A stretch of 64,000 bases of DNA from NCBI RefSeq assembly GCF_000143415.4, contig NW_003314371.1:472788-536787 (forward strand). Reading direction: 5' to 3'. How positions within the stretch are numbered: position 1 is the first letter of the stretch; each line of letters begins with the position of its first letter. Under the pieces are notes generated by a model. That model worked only from the letters and a program-made list of their open reading frames with translations. It did not search any database and had not been told where the DNA came from. This DNA comes from Selaginella moellendorffii. Lineage: Eukaryota; Plantae; Lycopodiophyta. Shown one piece after another: positions 23,248 to 36,300 of this stretch. Both the position numbers and the translations under genes were made by a program.

Positions 23248-24294
23248 CTACAGAACAATCCAAATTCCATGACCAGACTCGCCATCATTCACTCCATAAC
23301 GAGAACTAATGAAGTGGAACTTGAGGTTGTTTGGAACGCACATCTTGAGGATCTCAAGGTAGCTCACAAGCTCGGCATTGCCAGAAGCCACAGCGTTCCT
23401 CATCACAACGTCGTAGTAATGCGTCACCTCGCGTTCCTTCTCCTGGATCATTGCACAGGTCCTGTCCACCGAGTCTTGGAACGTGTTGATGCTGGGATCC
23501 AAGAGCAACTGCAAGGACGCGATGCTTCTCAGTGGCTTTTTGGCGCGCAGCTCCGCGGGGAAGGAGATAACGTCGTTGACAAGGAGGACGTGATCGTTGA
23601 TGGCGTTCTGGAGCGCCAGGTAGTCCCGCGACTCCAAATCGCTGTCCGGGAGCGCAATCTCCAGCGACATCTCGATGAATGGGAAGCAGGGGAGGAGGAA
23701 GCAATCGAGCCTCCTGCGGGCCAAGTAGCTCTCGACCGTCGATGCCGATTGTGCTAGAGAAGGGACGCTCCGGTCCATGGAGGCAGCGTAGGCCTCCATC
23801 TGCGCGACCCAGTGCGCGTACACCCGGGGAGCCATGGATGATCGCAGGCGCGGAATGAGGTCGGCGCAGAACTCGAGCGATGGATGGACTGGATCGCGAT
23901 GTGGGTGCGTCCCGTGGAGGATGCCCTGGAAAGCCTCCAGGAACTCCTCCCGGGGGGCGCCACCGGGGGACTCGTCCTCGAGGAGATCATCCAGCATGGT
24001 TCCAAACCACGCGAACTTGCCGCAGAGGACGGCGCTCTCGGTGGATCCGCACGGCACGAGCATGCTCATGTAGAGCGGGATTCGCATGCGGTCCAGGGAG
24101 AGCTTTTGGGCATCGCTCATGCTGGGATTGATGAATGGGAATGCCCACTCGTTCGCGAGCTTGGCAACCAGCTTGTGGTCGGGATGCCAGGCGCTGGAGG
24201 GGATGGAGCAGCGAATGGGCGGCAAATAGAACCTCTTTAGCCCCAGGAGGTGTTCCATGGCGGGAATCTTCTCCACAACAAATGCCATGACCAT
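23248..24294 (-). CDS. MTPSL: Microbial terpene synthase-like protein (MTPSL), copy 2, intact and intronless
   Basis: 348-aa ORF with the same DDLLED / NDVISFPAE / SRY motifs. I counted 10 aa differences from copy 1. Confidence 0.9.
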   Translation of the reverse strand: MVMAFVVEKIPAMEHLLGLKRFYLPPIRCSIPSSAWHPDHKLVAKLANEWAFPFINPSMSDAQKLSLDRMRIPLYMSMLVPCGSTESAVLCGKFAWFGTMLDDLLEDESPGGAPREEFLEAFQGILHGTHPHRDPVHPSLEFCADLIPRLRSSMAPRVYAHWVAQMEAYAASMDRSVPSLAQSASTVESYLARRRLDCFLLPCFPFIEMSLEIALPDSDLESRDYLALQNAINDHVLLVNDVISFPAELRAKKPLRSIASLQLLLDPSINTFQDSVDRTCAMIQEKEREVTHYYDVVMRNAVASGNAELVSYLEILKMCVPNNLKFHFISSRYGVNDGESGHGIWIVL

Positions 24295-24535
24295 TAGGAG
24301 ATCGTGGAGGACATTTTATAGTCGCCATATGGCAGACTTTGGTGGGGTGATATCGAATGCTTGAAAATGCTATAGCAGTGGCTCGATTGTCATTGTACGT
24401 CCCAGACGAAACATAGGGCGGCGGGACTATTGAAAAATGAGTTTCATGCTCGTGTTTTCTCACCCCTCGTTGAAAAAACCGCAATCCATTGTATTTAAGA
24501 AGGTGGCAGTCCAGTGTTACTAGCAGAAAAGAGAG
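24295..24535. promoter_or_regulatory. Putative bidirectional promoter shared by MTPSL copy 2 and the P450
   Basis: 241 bp between divergent ORFs. TATAAAA on the - strand at 24314-24320 and TATTTAA on the + strand at 24492-24498. Confidence 0.5.
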
Positions 24536-26110
24536 ATGGATCTCACACTTAGTGTCGTTGTAAGCTCTCTCCTCCTCCTTTTTATCCTGGCCGTCGTGAT
24601 AATCAGCTACAAATCCAGAGTGACTTCTCCACCAGGGCCATGGGGATTGCCCTTGATTGGCCACCTCCACTTGCTAGCGAGAATGCCCCTCCACCGAGCG
24701 CTGCAATCCATGTCACAAAAGCACGGCCCCATTGTGTCCTTGAGCCTGGGAATGAGGCCAGCGATTCTCATATCAGCGCCAGCTCTGGCAAGAGAGCTCT
24801 TTACCTCGCAGGATGTGAATTTTCCATCCAAGCCATATACGAGTGTCTCAGAGCACATAGACTACAACTTTAGAAGCATCGGGACTGCCCCTTATGGCGA
24901 GTACTACAGCAGCATCCGGAAGCTGTGCCTGACGGAGCTCTTCACCGCCAGGAATATCGATTCGTTTTCATGGATTCGAAGAGAAGAGCTCTCGCATCTT
25001 TTGAGTGCAATTCTCAGCAGGGCCAGCCATGGGCAGGCGCTGGATTTGAGGAAGACCCTGTCGGTGTTCTCATTCAACAGCATAACCGGCGCCCTCATGA
25101 GCAAACGGTACCTCAGCCACGAGCATACCGGTGCGGCTAGCTCAAAGGAGGCCATGGAGTTCAAGAATTGGTTAATCGAAGTGTTGCAGCGTGTTATGGA
25201 GCCCTGTTTGAGCAACTTCGTGCCTTGGTACTTGAGATGGCTTGACTGGAAGACTCCTGGATTGAGACGCCTTCATGCAAAGGTGGATAAGTTCTTGCAA
25301 ATGGTTGTGGAAGAACACAAGAAGAGCACCCGAGAGCAGAAGGACTTCCTTGACATCCTGCTCAAGGCTTTCGGAGAGGAGGAAGCTTATGCAAAAGCTA
25401 ATCTGTTGGTACGTGTGTGAGGATGAAGAACAAGATAGTGCTTCTGATATTCATATTCTTTCTTTCAGGACTTGATGGTGGCAGGAACTGAAACTTCCGT
25501 CACTGGGACCGAGTGGCTTATGGCAGCAGTGATCCAGGAGCCCCGGATCCTGAAAAAAGCCCAGCAAGAGCTTCACGATGCCGTGGGCAACAGGCGGATG
25601 GTGCAAGAATCAGACCTCTCCAAGCTCGGCTACCTCGACGCCATCATCAAGGAGTCACTCAGGCGCTACCCAATAGTCCCGATCTACATCCGCGAGTGCC
25701 AAGGCCAAGCGTCAAAACTCGGGGGCTACGACGTCCCAAAAGGAACCATCGTGATCGTCAACTCGTGGGCGCTGGGAATGGACCCCGTGGTGTGGGAGAA
25801 TCCCACACAATTCTTGCCGGAACGCTTCCTTGCGAGGTCCATCGACATCAAAGGCCAGGACTTTGAACTCCTTCCATTTGGATCTGGGCGGAGGAGATGC
25901 CCAGGGATGCCCTTGGGCCTAAGAACCATGAAGCTGCTCGTGGCAAATCTCATACATGGCTTTGACTGGAGTGTGGAGCCTGGGAAGATCCAATCCATGG
26001 AGGATTGCTTCAAATCTACTTGCATCATGAAGCATCCATTGCAGCTAGTGGTTACTCCAAGGCTGCCGAAAGATGCCTACACTACCCAAATACATGATTT
26101 CTTCATATAA
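24536..26110 (+). CDS. Cytochrome P450, CYP71 clan (A-type), intact, one intron 25409-25468
   Basis: N-terminal membrane anchor, PPGPWGLPLIGHL hinge, I-helix AGTETS, KESLR (ExxR), PERF, heme FGSGRRRCPG. One phase-0 intron before the I-helix, as in CYP71-clan genes. Confidence 0.93.
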
Positions 26111-26289
26111 TAAGTTTTAATCTAGTAGTATATTAATATTAGTGTAGTGGAATTTTGGTAACTAATATTAGTGTAATAAATTTTAGTAATTGTTAGATTG
26201 ATTTGAACCTGCATATAAGCTAAGGTTTCTGGGCTAATTGATATATATATTTTTTATATTCCATTTTCATATCCCTAAGGAGTGTACCA

Positions 26290-29200
26290 TTGGTTCAATC
26301 ATTTCACGATGATTACCACATATCATTCTTAGGATAATGCTCAACATTTACGTGAGTTTCTCATGTGTCTCCAAAGGATGGTTGTGGAGTGGTACAATGG
26401 TTTGAGCACAGCCATTCGTGGGGATTGGAGTGTTCTCCCAAAAATCTTCAAATGCACATTTAGATATACTAACGATTGTGATGATGCCTTCCAACAATTG
26501 TGTTGTCTTTGTCAAGGGCTATCTGAGTCTGTGATGCAATTTAGCATTAGTTTTTGAAGCCTCTTGCTTCATGCAAAGTCAAATATATTAGAGCGGATTA
26601 ACTTAGAAATGTTATGGCTAGCACTTCATTAAGATTTTGTTGGACTTGTGCATGCACTTGCTCCAACCACCCTTGACGATGCTCTTCGCCTGGCACAATG
26701 TTATAAAACATTGCTTTTTCCACTTCTCGCTGCATGTCCTTTAGCTCCACTTCCTATGGGCAATGGTTCTATTTCAATAAAGGTTAATGTTGCTACTACT
26801 CAAGTCCAAGGACAAGTGCGAGGATGTGGTCGTGGCCGTGATGTTTGTTGCTAAGTGTGTGATGAAGTTGGTCACACTTATTGGTGTTGTCGGTGTTTTC
26901 CAAATTGGTGACTTCCATTTCCTGAATGGAGACTTTAGTGTCAATAATGTCCTATTGGTGTTACTATAGTGGAAGGTTTGGACACCAAGATGCATCTGGG
27001 AAACGAGGAGTCACCTGAGTAGTGGAAGAACCTTGCGTGAATAAGTTAATAACCCCTCCATCTTTCTTGCAAGAGTATCATCAAGGGGTTCACTTGGCAC
27101 CAGTTCATCTAGTGTTTACTTTCTAAGCTCGTTTTTATAACTAGAGGTCTTCTATTATTCTCTCCATATTAGTTGATACAGGTTTGAGTTTATCTTCTAT
27201 TGTTTGACCTGTTGCCACACGTTGCCATCTACATTTGCGTTGTGCAGCAGAGTCAGTTTTCATTCTTTATGGCAACGGCCGTACATATACATATGCACGG
27301 GATAAGGTGGATTTAGTTGTGGGTATGGGCAATTTCGAATTTGGGTTGCAGTCATTGTGGGTGGTGTCGAATCAAACTTTTGACTTCATCATTGGTATAG
27401 ATTGGTTGTAATATAATCATGCTAAGTGTGACTTTGAGGCTTCTCCCCCTTGTCTCATACTTCTTTATATTTCATTTATTCCTCTCGCTTTTGTACCTTT
27501 ACATCCCTTTGCTTCTACCTCTACTTCAATTACTTTTGTCTCCCTATTACTTCTTTCTATGTTTCCGTTTTGTTCCACTTTTCCCTTTTCCGATCCCTTT
27601 GACAATCTTTGTATTGCAGCGGTTGATCAACTCATAAAGGAGTATGCTGATCTTTTTGAATTTGACCTATCATCTGGGGCTAAGATTGCCACATGTCATC
27701 CGATTCTAACCAGGGATGCTTGTCTAATCAAAGTTCTTGTTTGTTATTAGTCACTTAAAGAGATCAAGATTTTGTGTACAAACGTCAAGGAGATGTTGGA
27801 AAAGGGTATTATTCTAAAGTCACGGAGTCCTTAGGCATGTGAACCTCATCTGGTGATAAAACTAGAAGGGAGTTTTCGTTTCTAAATCAACTATCACATT
27901 AAATGAAGTGACAATCCCGGATGTGTACCCTCTTCTTCACATTGTTGATTTTTTGGATCGTTTGGGAGAAGTCGTTGGTTCACCAAGCTAGATCTTGCTT
28001 CTGGGTATTGGCAAGTACTGATGGCTGAAGAAAATATTCCTAAGACTACTTTTTGTACATTGTTTGGTTTGTATGAGTTCTTGGTGATGTTGTTTAGTTT
28101 GAAAAATGCCTTAGCAACTTTTGAGGGGATGATGGATGAGGTTCTTTACGATATACCAGAGGTGACTGCTAACTTCATTAATGATATTTTGATCCACTCG
28201 AAGGGGATATAAGAAAAACACATCCATGATGTTTGTAAAGTGTTGGATTGGCTATGGGACATTGGTTTAATGCTGAAAAGGTTGAAGTGCGTGTTTGGGT
28301 CCAAAGACATGACTTATCTTGGGTACCATATTTCTCGTAAGGGTTTGCAAGTTGATCCTGACAAACTTGTGCTTTGAGACACAAATCCCTAAACCCCAAA
28401 GTGGAGCCAAAAGGGTGCCATGTGGTAGTGGCCGAAGCAAAAGCCAAACAAGCATAATACATTTGGACTAAAAGCTCCGACTTGAAAAGTCGAGAGTAGG
28501 AATGGAACTCCCAACAAAAGGCTCGAGGAATGAACTTGAAGCAAGCAATAAGTGAATCTTTAGAAAAAGGACACAAGAGGACCAACATATGATACGTGGA
28601 AGTGTCAAGATGGACCCGAGAGGGAGTCTAAAGAGTCCAAGATAGACCCAAGATGGAGTCCAAGATAGACCTGAGATGGACCCAAGATGGAGTCTGAGAT
28701 GGAACCGAGACTGAGATTGAGATTGAGATCGAGACCGAGACCGAGTCTGAGACCGAGACCAAAACCAAGTTCGAGACCAAGTCCGAGACCGAGACCGAGA
28801 CCAAGTCCGCGTCTGAGTCCGAGTTTGAGTCCGAGTCTGAGTGTGAGTGCGAATACTAATATAGGCTGTTGGGTGAAAGCCCAAAGCAATCGGTGCAAGG
28901 GGTTCTAAAAGTATAGTAGGGAGAGTGTGGGGGTTGGACCCCAGTGGAGCTAGTTTGGCCAGGAAAGGCCAATGTGACTCAGGAAGGCTATGCCCACATG
29001 TTGGGTGATGATATATCCATTGAGGAGTTCAAGGGTATAGTGAATACAGACTGACAAATGGGGTAGTTTGGTGAAGTGTTCAGAAGCCAACTCTAGTTCC
29101 CCCAGAAGATCAAATGGTCAATGCTCTCAATCCAAGCGTGGGTGGCACTACTTACTTGGATACCTAACATGGCTCAATAAAACCTTGTTCTAGCCCTATG

Positions 29201-30550
29201 GCTAGAGCACCCAAAGGTAGAAAATGGGGAGAGTACCCATGAGGCTCACGTAGGGCCACGGTGTTCTAAAATATTGTCCCAAAGTCCTAGACTGTGGAAA
29301 GGAAAAGGAACAATCCTCTAGGGTAGTGACAAAGGATACGGTCATATTATGAGGAAGTCCCATAGGACAATGGGACTTAATAGTCGGGCTTGTGGGCCTT
29401 GACCTAGTGGCAATGTTAGCAAGCATGGTCATAGACAAAAAGAAACTTGATAGGGACTGGAAAAGGGATATTGAGGAAGGCTGTTCCCCATGTCTGTGGG
29501 CATCCTAAAGATGCTAAAGAGTGGATCTGGAATGATTGCCTAGGAACAGATGACTTAGTCTTTGAGAGACAGGATTGTGATGTAGGTGGTGTTAAATCAC
29601 TACTGTGACAAAAGTGAATGGGTATAGCGTTAGCATAACGGGTTGATATATCGATAATACCTTTGGGTGTCAGTCATGGGATCGGACACATGGAGCACTT
29701 GGACCAAGTGCAAAGTTGACTTATATGGATGCCATTCTCAGGGCAAGTTCGGAAGAAGACTTATCGAGGTTGTGAGTGATACTCCTCCAAGTGGTCGGAG
29801 GTGTGATTGAGTGACTAAAATAGAATAAAAAATTTAGTCACTTACATGTGGCTATTGTAAAGTTTCATACTCTAAAGTGTGTGAATGATGTGTAATACTT
29901 TCTAAACAAGGTGTAGTATCTCAGTTGTTTTATGGATCATCTTTTTGATTGCACTCCACCGTTGCAAGCATTGCTAAAGTCATCAATGTCATCTTTCATT
30001 TGGTCTACAGACTGTGAGCGGGCATTTATGAATCTCAAAGAGCTATTGATGACTCCTCCGGTTTTGGCATATCCTAACTACGCTCAACTGTTCATTTTGC
30101 ACGTGGATGCTTCTGATATTGGTCTTGGAGGTGTGTTGATGCAAGAGAGTCTGAGTGTGCTTGGTCAGCGCTATCCCATTGCATACATCAACCGTATATT
30201 ACAACCAGCGGAGGTGAACTCCTCCATGATAAAGGAGTGTTTAGTAGTACTGTAGGGTTTTGAGAAACTTGATGCATATCTATATAATTCTCGGACATTA
30301 CTAAAAAGTGATCATGTTGCCATTACTTCATTATTAAAGCTGAAGAATTTAGTTGGTCAAGCTTCAGATATATGATTTTGATGTTGTTCATCACCCGGGA
30401 AGTTCTATGGCTGATGCTGACGCCATTTCTTGAGCTCCTCTTCCTTCTTCACTCTCTTCTCATGTTTCTGACGAGCCTATTGTTTTAGCATTTATGGATT
30501 TTCTAGACAAGGATTCTGTGCCATCGGCAGTTGTTGTATTTGACGTTTAG
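26290..30550 (+). mobile_element. Degenerate Ty3/gypsy retrotransposon internal region (gag-PR-RT-RNaseH); boundaries approximate
   Basis: Zn knuckle C*VCDEVGHTYWCC (~26850), protease ILVDTG (~27170), RT DLASGYWQV..KTTFCTLFGLYEF..FINDILI (~28000-28200), RNaseH FILHVDASDIGLGGVL (~30100). Many stops. Confidence 0.85.
28373..29846 (+). mobile_element. Solo LTR (family A) inserted into the gypsy RT
   Basis: Homologous to 41949-43588 in reverse and ends ..cttaCA. 5-bp target duplication tgtgc/tgtgg. The RT reading DPDKL|VAIVKF rejoins across it. Confidence 0.85.
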
Positions 30551-33385
30551 TGTCCACAAAGCCACACCAAGTATCCAAGTAGGTAGTGCCACCCACACTT
30601 GGACTAGGAGCATTTTCTCGGGGGAACTAGAGCCGGCTCTTGAACACTTCACCAAACTACCCTGCTTGTCAGTCCGTGTTCACTCTAGTCTTGGACTTCC
30701 TAGTGGGCAACTCATCACCCAACACTGGGTACAGCCTTTCTGGGCCAAATTGGCCTTTCCTGGCCAAACAAGCTCGACTATAGTCCTCCCCTTTACTATA
30801 CTTTTGGAGCTCACCAAACCCCTAGGGTCTGGGAGATGAACGCTTTGGGCTTTCACCCTCTCGGACTCGAACTCGGACTCAGACTCGGACTCGGACTTGG
30901 ACTTGGACTCAGACTCGGGCTCGGTCTTGGCCTCAGCCTCGGTCCCGGTCTCGTTCTCGACCTCAGACTCCATCTCGGGTCCTTCTCGGACTCCATCTCG
31001 GATTCCATCTCGGGTCCATCTCGGACTCCATCTCGGACTCCGTCTCGGTCCATCTTGGACTCCATCTCGGGTCCATCTCGGGTCCATCTCGGACTCCATC
31101 TCGGGTCCATCTCGGACTCCATCTCAGTCCATCTCGGACTCCATCTCAGACACTTCCATGTGTCATGTGTTGGTCCTTTTGGGTCCCTTTTTAGAGCCTC
31201 ACTTATTGCTCACTTTGTGCTCATTCCTCGAGCACTTTGTTGGGAGTTCCATTCCCGCTCTCGACTTTTCAAGTTAGAGCTTTTGGTCCAAACGTGTTAC
31301 GCTCGTTTGGCTTTCGCTTTGGCCACTACCATATGGCACCTTTCCGACTCCACTTTGGGCCTAGGGATTTTGTGTCTCACAACTCCACTACCCATAGACA
31401 AAGTTCGATGTCCTCATCGAACAGTAAACCCTTTTATAAAATAACACTCGCATGTATTACCATTTCCATCCTTGGCACCCAGCCAATATTTGTTTATGGT
31501 TTGACACCGAAGGCTCACCATGCCTTGTCCATCCTCTAAGGAGCATAGTCTCTCCAATATAGAGACTCACTCGACCACCTGGGGTGTTTTGATTCTTTTT
31601 ATTGGTTCAATTCTTGCTAAACCCGTTAGAGACACCCTCTCTGACTCAATTCCACAACTCATTCTAGAGTAGTCTCAGATTCCATTAACATAACCTTTGC
31701 ACTTTGGAACTTTTAATTTTGACTTCTTAGAGTCAATTTCCTAGCTATCTCCAACACCTTACGTTGCATATGGTGCAACTCCACTTCCCCATCCTAAGAA
31801 GTTCTTTACTTGAGGGCACCATCATCCTCTCTTCGATATCGTGCCACCTTTGGCACTAAGTTCCAGTTATTATAATTTGTGCTAGAGCTGCCCACGACTC
31901 TATCATTTGGCTACTTTACCGCTCCCTACCTTGGAGCTTCCACTTTTGCCAAATCGGAGCAATTGGGAATCCATTTTTGGAAACACATTGCCTTTCCCAC
32001 AATTCGTTAGCACCCAACACATTAATGCTCTTGGCCTAACTTTGTGTTTTGGATTCTTTCCCAGAATTCCTATAGCTCTTTACTTAGCCACTAGTCTTTC
32101 ACTCCTATCTTTGATTGCTGCACCTAATAATATCGGATCACTACCTCCATTCTTGAGGTATCCTTTCGGTTCCATAGTAAAAACTTTGCTTTGCTAAGTC
32201 TAGAGGGTGTTCACCCCTAGTATATCTTTTTAGGATTTTCTATTGTGGGCTCTATCCTTGGCCCAACTTGTGACATTCCCATGGGTCTCTTATAGAGACT
32301 ACTTTCCTCAGACTCACTATACCATTGCATGGACACAACTTATTTCCCTTAGGTGCTCTTCCCATTTGGTCATCTTGACTAAGCCACACCATCTTAAACA
32401 GTTTAAATTAACACTTTGAACCAAGAACTTCATTCTTTAACCAATTAAGGACCTTGTCCTTATTTAGCCACAAGATCACCTAATGATCTCACCTTGGCAC
32501 CTTAACAGAGTTGCCAATAGGTACTTGGTTTTTTAGACCTTCAAGTTGTTGATTATGACCCCGGGGGCATCCCCCACACTTGGTGGTGCACCCAAGCCAA
32601 CCCATCCGGCCAAGGGTCCATAGCCACTGAGACTAGGTGTCCCCATCTCATTCACCACATCCTTGGTGTCCTTCGTACCAAGGTGTTCAAGTTAGATATG
32701 CTGAGCCACACTAAGCAATATAACTGTGCATCACGACTTCGGAGTTTGCATCTTTCCCGTGATCCCAACTATAGTTGTTTACTACAATTACATTAACCCA
32801 TTTATTGCGTCAAACACTCATCTGGATCACATCCTCAACTCTCTGAGGAAACCCTCATACTATTCCCAAGATCCCAAAGTCGTTCCCTTACTGACCCTTT
32901 TCCATCCACCACATCGTGCACAAGTTCATGCAAGAACTCAAGTGGAGAGCTATGTGCTCTCGACATGCTACTCCTCAAGGATAGGTCCATGCCTAGGACT
33001 TTCCAATTCAAATACAAGTGGTGATATACTTGGCCACCAATAAGAGTTAGACTAAGGAACAGCTCTGATACTGTAGCGCACCTTATCTCTTTCCCCTTAA
33101 GCCAACTGGAAAAGGGGCAATTGCTTGATGAGAGAGCCCTTAGTGGCTATTTTATCCCCATTTATCCCCCAAGGTTCCAAGGATCCACGGTGATAGTATA
33201 TCCAAATCTCATCCCATGATCACATGCGCTACACTCACCCCCCCTTCAGAGATGTCAATGTCCTCATTGACTATTGACTAGCAACCCCTACTGAGCCAAG
33301 GGGAACCAACACCTCCATTTCCGCACTCAATCTACCAATCCTTCCATTGTGTAGACCAGCTATTCCATGTGAGGCAATTAGTCAT

Positions 33386-36300
33386 CAAAGCAACCAACAA
33401 TCACTTGTCTTGCCTTTCACAAGACCCAAACACTAACTCATGTCATTGAGTCATATACTTGTCCAACATGAACGTGATACCTTCGGTATAAGATAAAAGT
33501 TCATTGACAAGCACAAACTAAATAACCACTCGAATCCAACGCAACTGCAATAAGCTCACTAATGCATTTAGCCACTAGCTCTGAGCATGCCTTGAAGAGG
33601 CTAGCTATGCATGACCAACACTTAGCCGAAACTAAAGCGAAGACCATGAGATGGACTTATATCGGTACACAACCTCCTCATAGACAAAGCTACAGTATGG
33701 GTACCAACATCTCAAACTCAAACAACTAAGTTGGACATCACTATCCTCAGCCAAGGCGCAAAGCCACCAAGACCAAATCAAGATCAGTGAGAGCTAACTA
33801 CTCTCATAGAGTCTTACGAAATGCAAGGTGCAACCTGCCACCAAGCATAATGCTACAAAAGAAAGGCACAAGGGTCACCTTTCTAGAAAAGTGCAACGGC
33901 CACTTTTCTACACTAACTCCAGACTCTATCCAACTCAATTGCTTTAGCCCCAAAAGTTAGCATCCCTTTTGGGCTACATCATACAAACTACCTACTAAGA
34001 TCTAAGCCAACCGAAGTCAACTCCAACCCCTTTACTAGTTTGTATTGGCTTATGAAAACGGAATGGTTTTCGAGCAAAGTGACAACAGATCAGCCATTGG
34101 AAAAGTCTAAGAAAATTTGTGGAAAATTTTCCATTCTAGAGAAAGAATAACTCTCAGTCCAAGAATGCAAACTTTCAAGACTCAACCAACTTCCTCCTAC
34201 TAATAACTTCACATAGTTCACCTCAACACAAATTCTCATGACCCATAGTATGCTTAAGCCTCGAACATCTCTTTTTGCCCATACTTCTGACATCCAACAC
34301 CGACATCCGCAAAATGCAAAATGAACATCTAAAGCTTGATCACAAAGACCACATCTTTGGATATCCACATTGCACTAACACTCTTCTTCAACCACCTTCA
34401 AGATCCAATGTGAAGCTAAAACACTAACAAGAAAAAAAATGACATGGAAAATCAAGCTCTAAGAAAAATCCTCGTCACTTGAAATAATAATGCCACTTCT
34501 ACTAACACAAGTGTTAGTAATGTCAATGCCTCAACCTCACACCTTCTCTATCCAACAATCTACTCCAAGTGCTAACGGATCAACCAACAAGCCATAGCAA
34601 GTAAATGCTATAACTTGTTCCAACACCTTATGGGCAAACCCTCAAGGAACAAGGAACCAACTTAAGCTTAGCATAATGGTCCACCATTGAGAATCTAGTC
34701 AAAGCTACTACAATGCTACTACGTGCAAGTAGATTAGCTTCTCCATCAACCACTTTGGGGTTGATCATCGTTTAACCAAGCAACTTCGTAAACACATTGC
34801 TCATTATCACATGGATATGATATGGAAATCACAATGACTTGATCATCCATTGAGCAACACCACGAGTAATGTCTATGTCATTACTTCAAAAGTTTATGTG
34901 AGTATCAAGTGCAAACTCGATTCGACAAAATGCAACATAAATGCCACACTCTACCGATAGAGATTTACAACACTCAGCACCACTAACTTTTGTTCACAAC
35001 ATGGACAAACTCATGCCACTCTCTTTTCGACCAAACTCAATACTAATCCAACACCGAGCTACTCAAGGAGCAATAGCAAGGTTCCCCGGAAAAGAATTAA
35101 GCATTGTAACCCAAGTCTTTCTAATAGCAAGCTTAGACAAAATGGTTTACCACTTCACCGCTATCCATCCCACAACTCACCATTTGTAAGACCATCATCT
35201 CCAAAATGCATCAAGGTAGGGACTCTTGATTGCATGATGTGAACACGAGCAATAAGTTAACACCTCGTTGCAAATCATCTCTCCAAGACGAGAAGATGAT
35301 TTACGTGTTTGATCCTCCATCCCCGATGACTCTCTTTTCGGTTTCATCTTTGACCAAACCTCAAGCTTGCTTGTGTAAGGCACATTAGCAACTCAAGGTT
35401 ACACTTTGAGTTGGCAGGATCAATGTTAGCCTATCAGTGGTTCCATGAGTTGTTCCATGTACTGTGGGTAAAAGCAAACCTTCCCTGAGTTTGCTATGAG
35501 TGGCAAATAGGCTGGTCCGTAGCTGTTTAGCACGGCACTAGTGGATCCTTCCTAGGCATGATTACAAGTGAATCAATCAAGACTGTAGGGATGAATCTAT
35601 TGATTCAAGTAATCATTGCCGTGCTCTCTCATAAACTTTTCTTGGATTGGACTGAAGGCAGTGCGGAAGCAAGCTTGAGGTTTGGTCAAAGATGAAACCG
35701 AAAAGAGAGTCATCGGGGATGGAGGATCAAACACGTAAAAAAACTTAATCCCTCTTATGAGCCCAAACTCATTCTCAAAGAATATGGTACAAAAGGTAAC
35801 CAAAACCATACCTTAGGAACAAAGGTGAACCTCTTTGCACCAAACGTGTACCCACTCGGATCATCGTTTTCATCTCTGCGTATGCAACGAGACTAGTTGC
35901 CTAATCTCATTGAATAGTACTCGCTGAGAGTCATTCTCTGATACCAAATGTATAGTAGGGATAGTTGCTATCGGGGAACCTTGCTATTGCTCCTTGAGTA
36001 GCTCGGTGTTGGATTAGTGTTGAGTTTGGTCGAAAAGAGAGTGGCATGAGTTTGTCCATGTTGTGAACAAAAGTTAGTGGTGCTGAGTGTTGTAAATCTC
36101 TATCGGTAGAGTGTGGCATTTATGTTGCATTTTGTCGAATCGAGTTTGCACTTGATACTCACATAAACTTTTGAAGTAATGACATAGACATTACTCGTGG
36201 TGTTGCTCAATGGATGATCAAGTCATTGTGATTTCCATATCATATCCATGTGATAATGAGCAATGTGTTTACGAAGTTGCTTGGTTAAACGATGATCAAC

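Noticed and set aside
17273-24294. Bacterial contamination or recent transfer explaining the intronless terpene synthases
   Set aside because: They are embedded among intron-containing plant genes and were co-duplicated with them; MTPSLs are an established native family of non-seed plants.
30836-31277. Repetitive ORFs (GLGLRL.., SISDSISG..) here and at 28468-28908 and 42743-43484
   Set aside because: Translations of hexamer/decamer microrepeats inside family A LTRs, not proteins.
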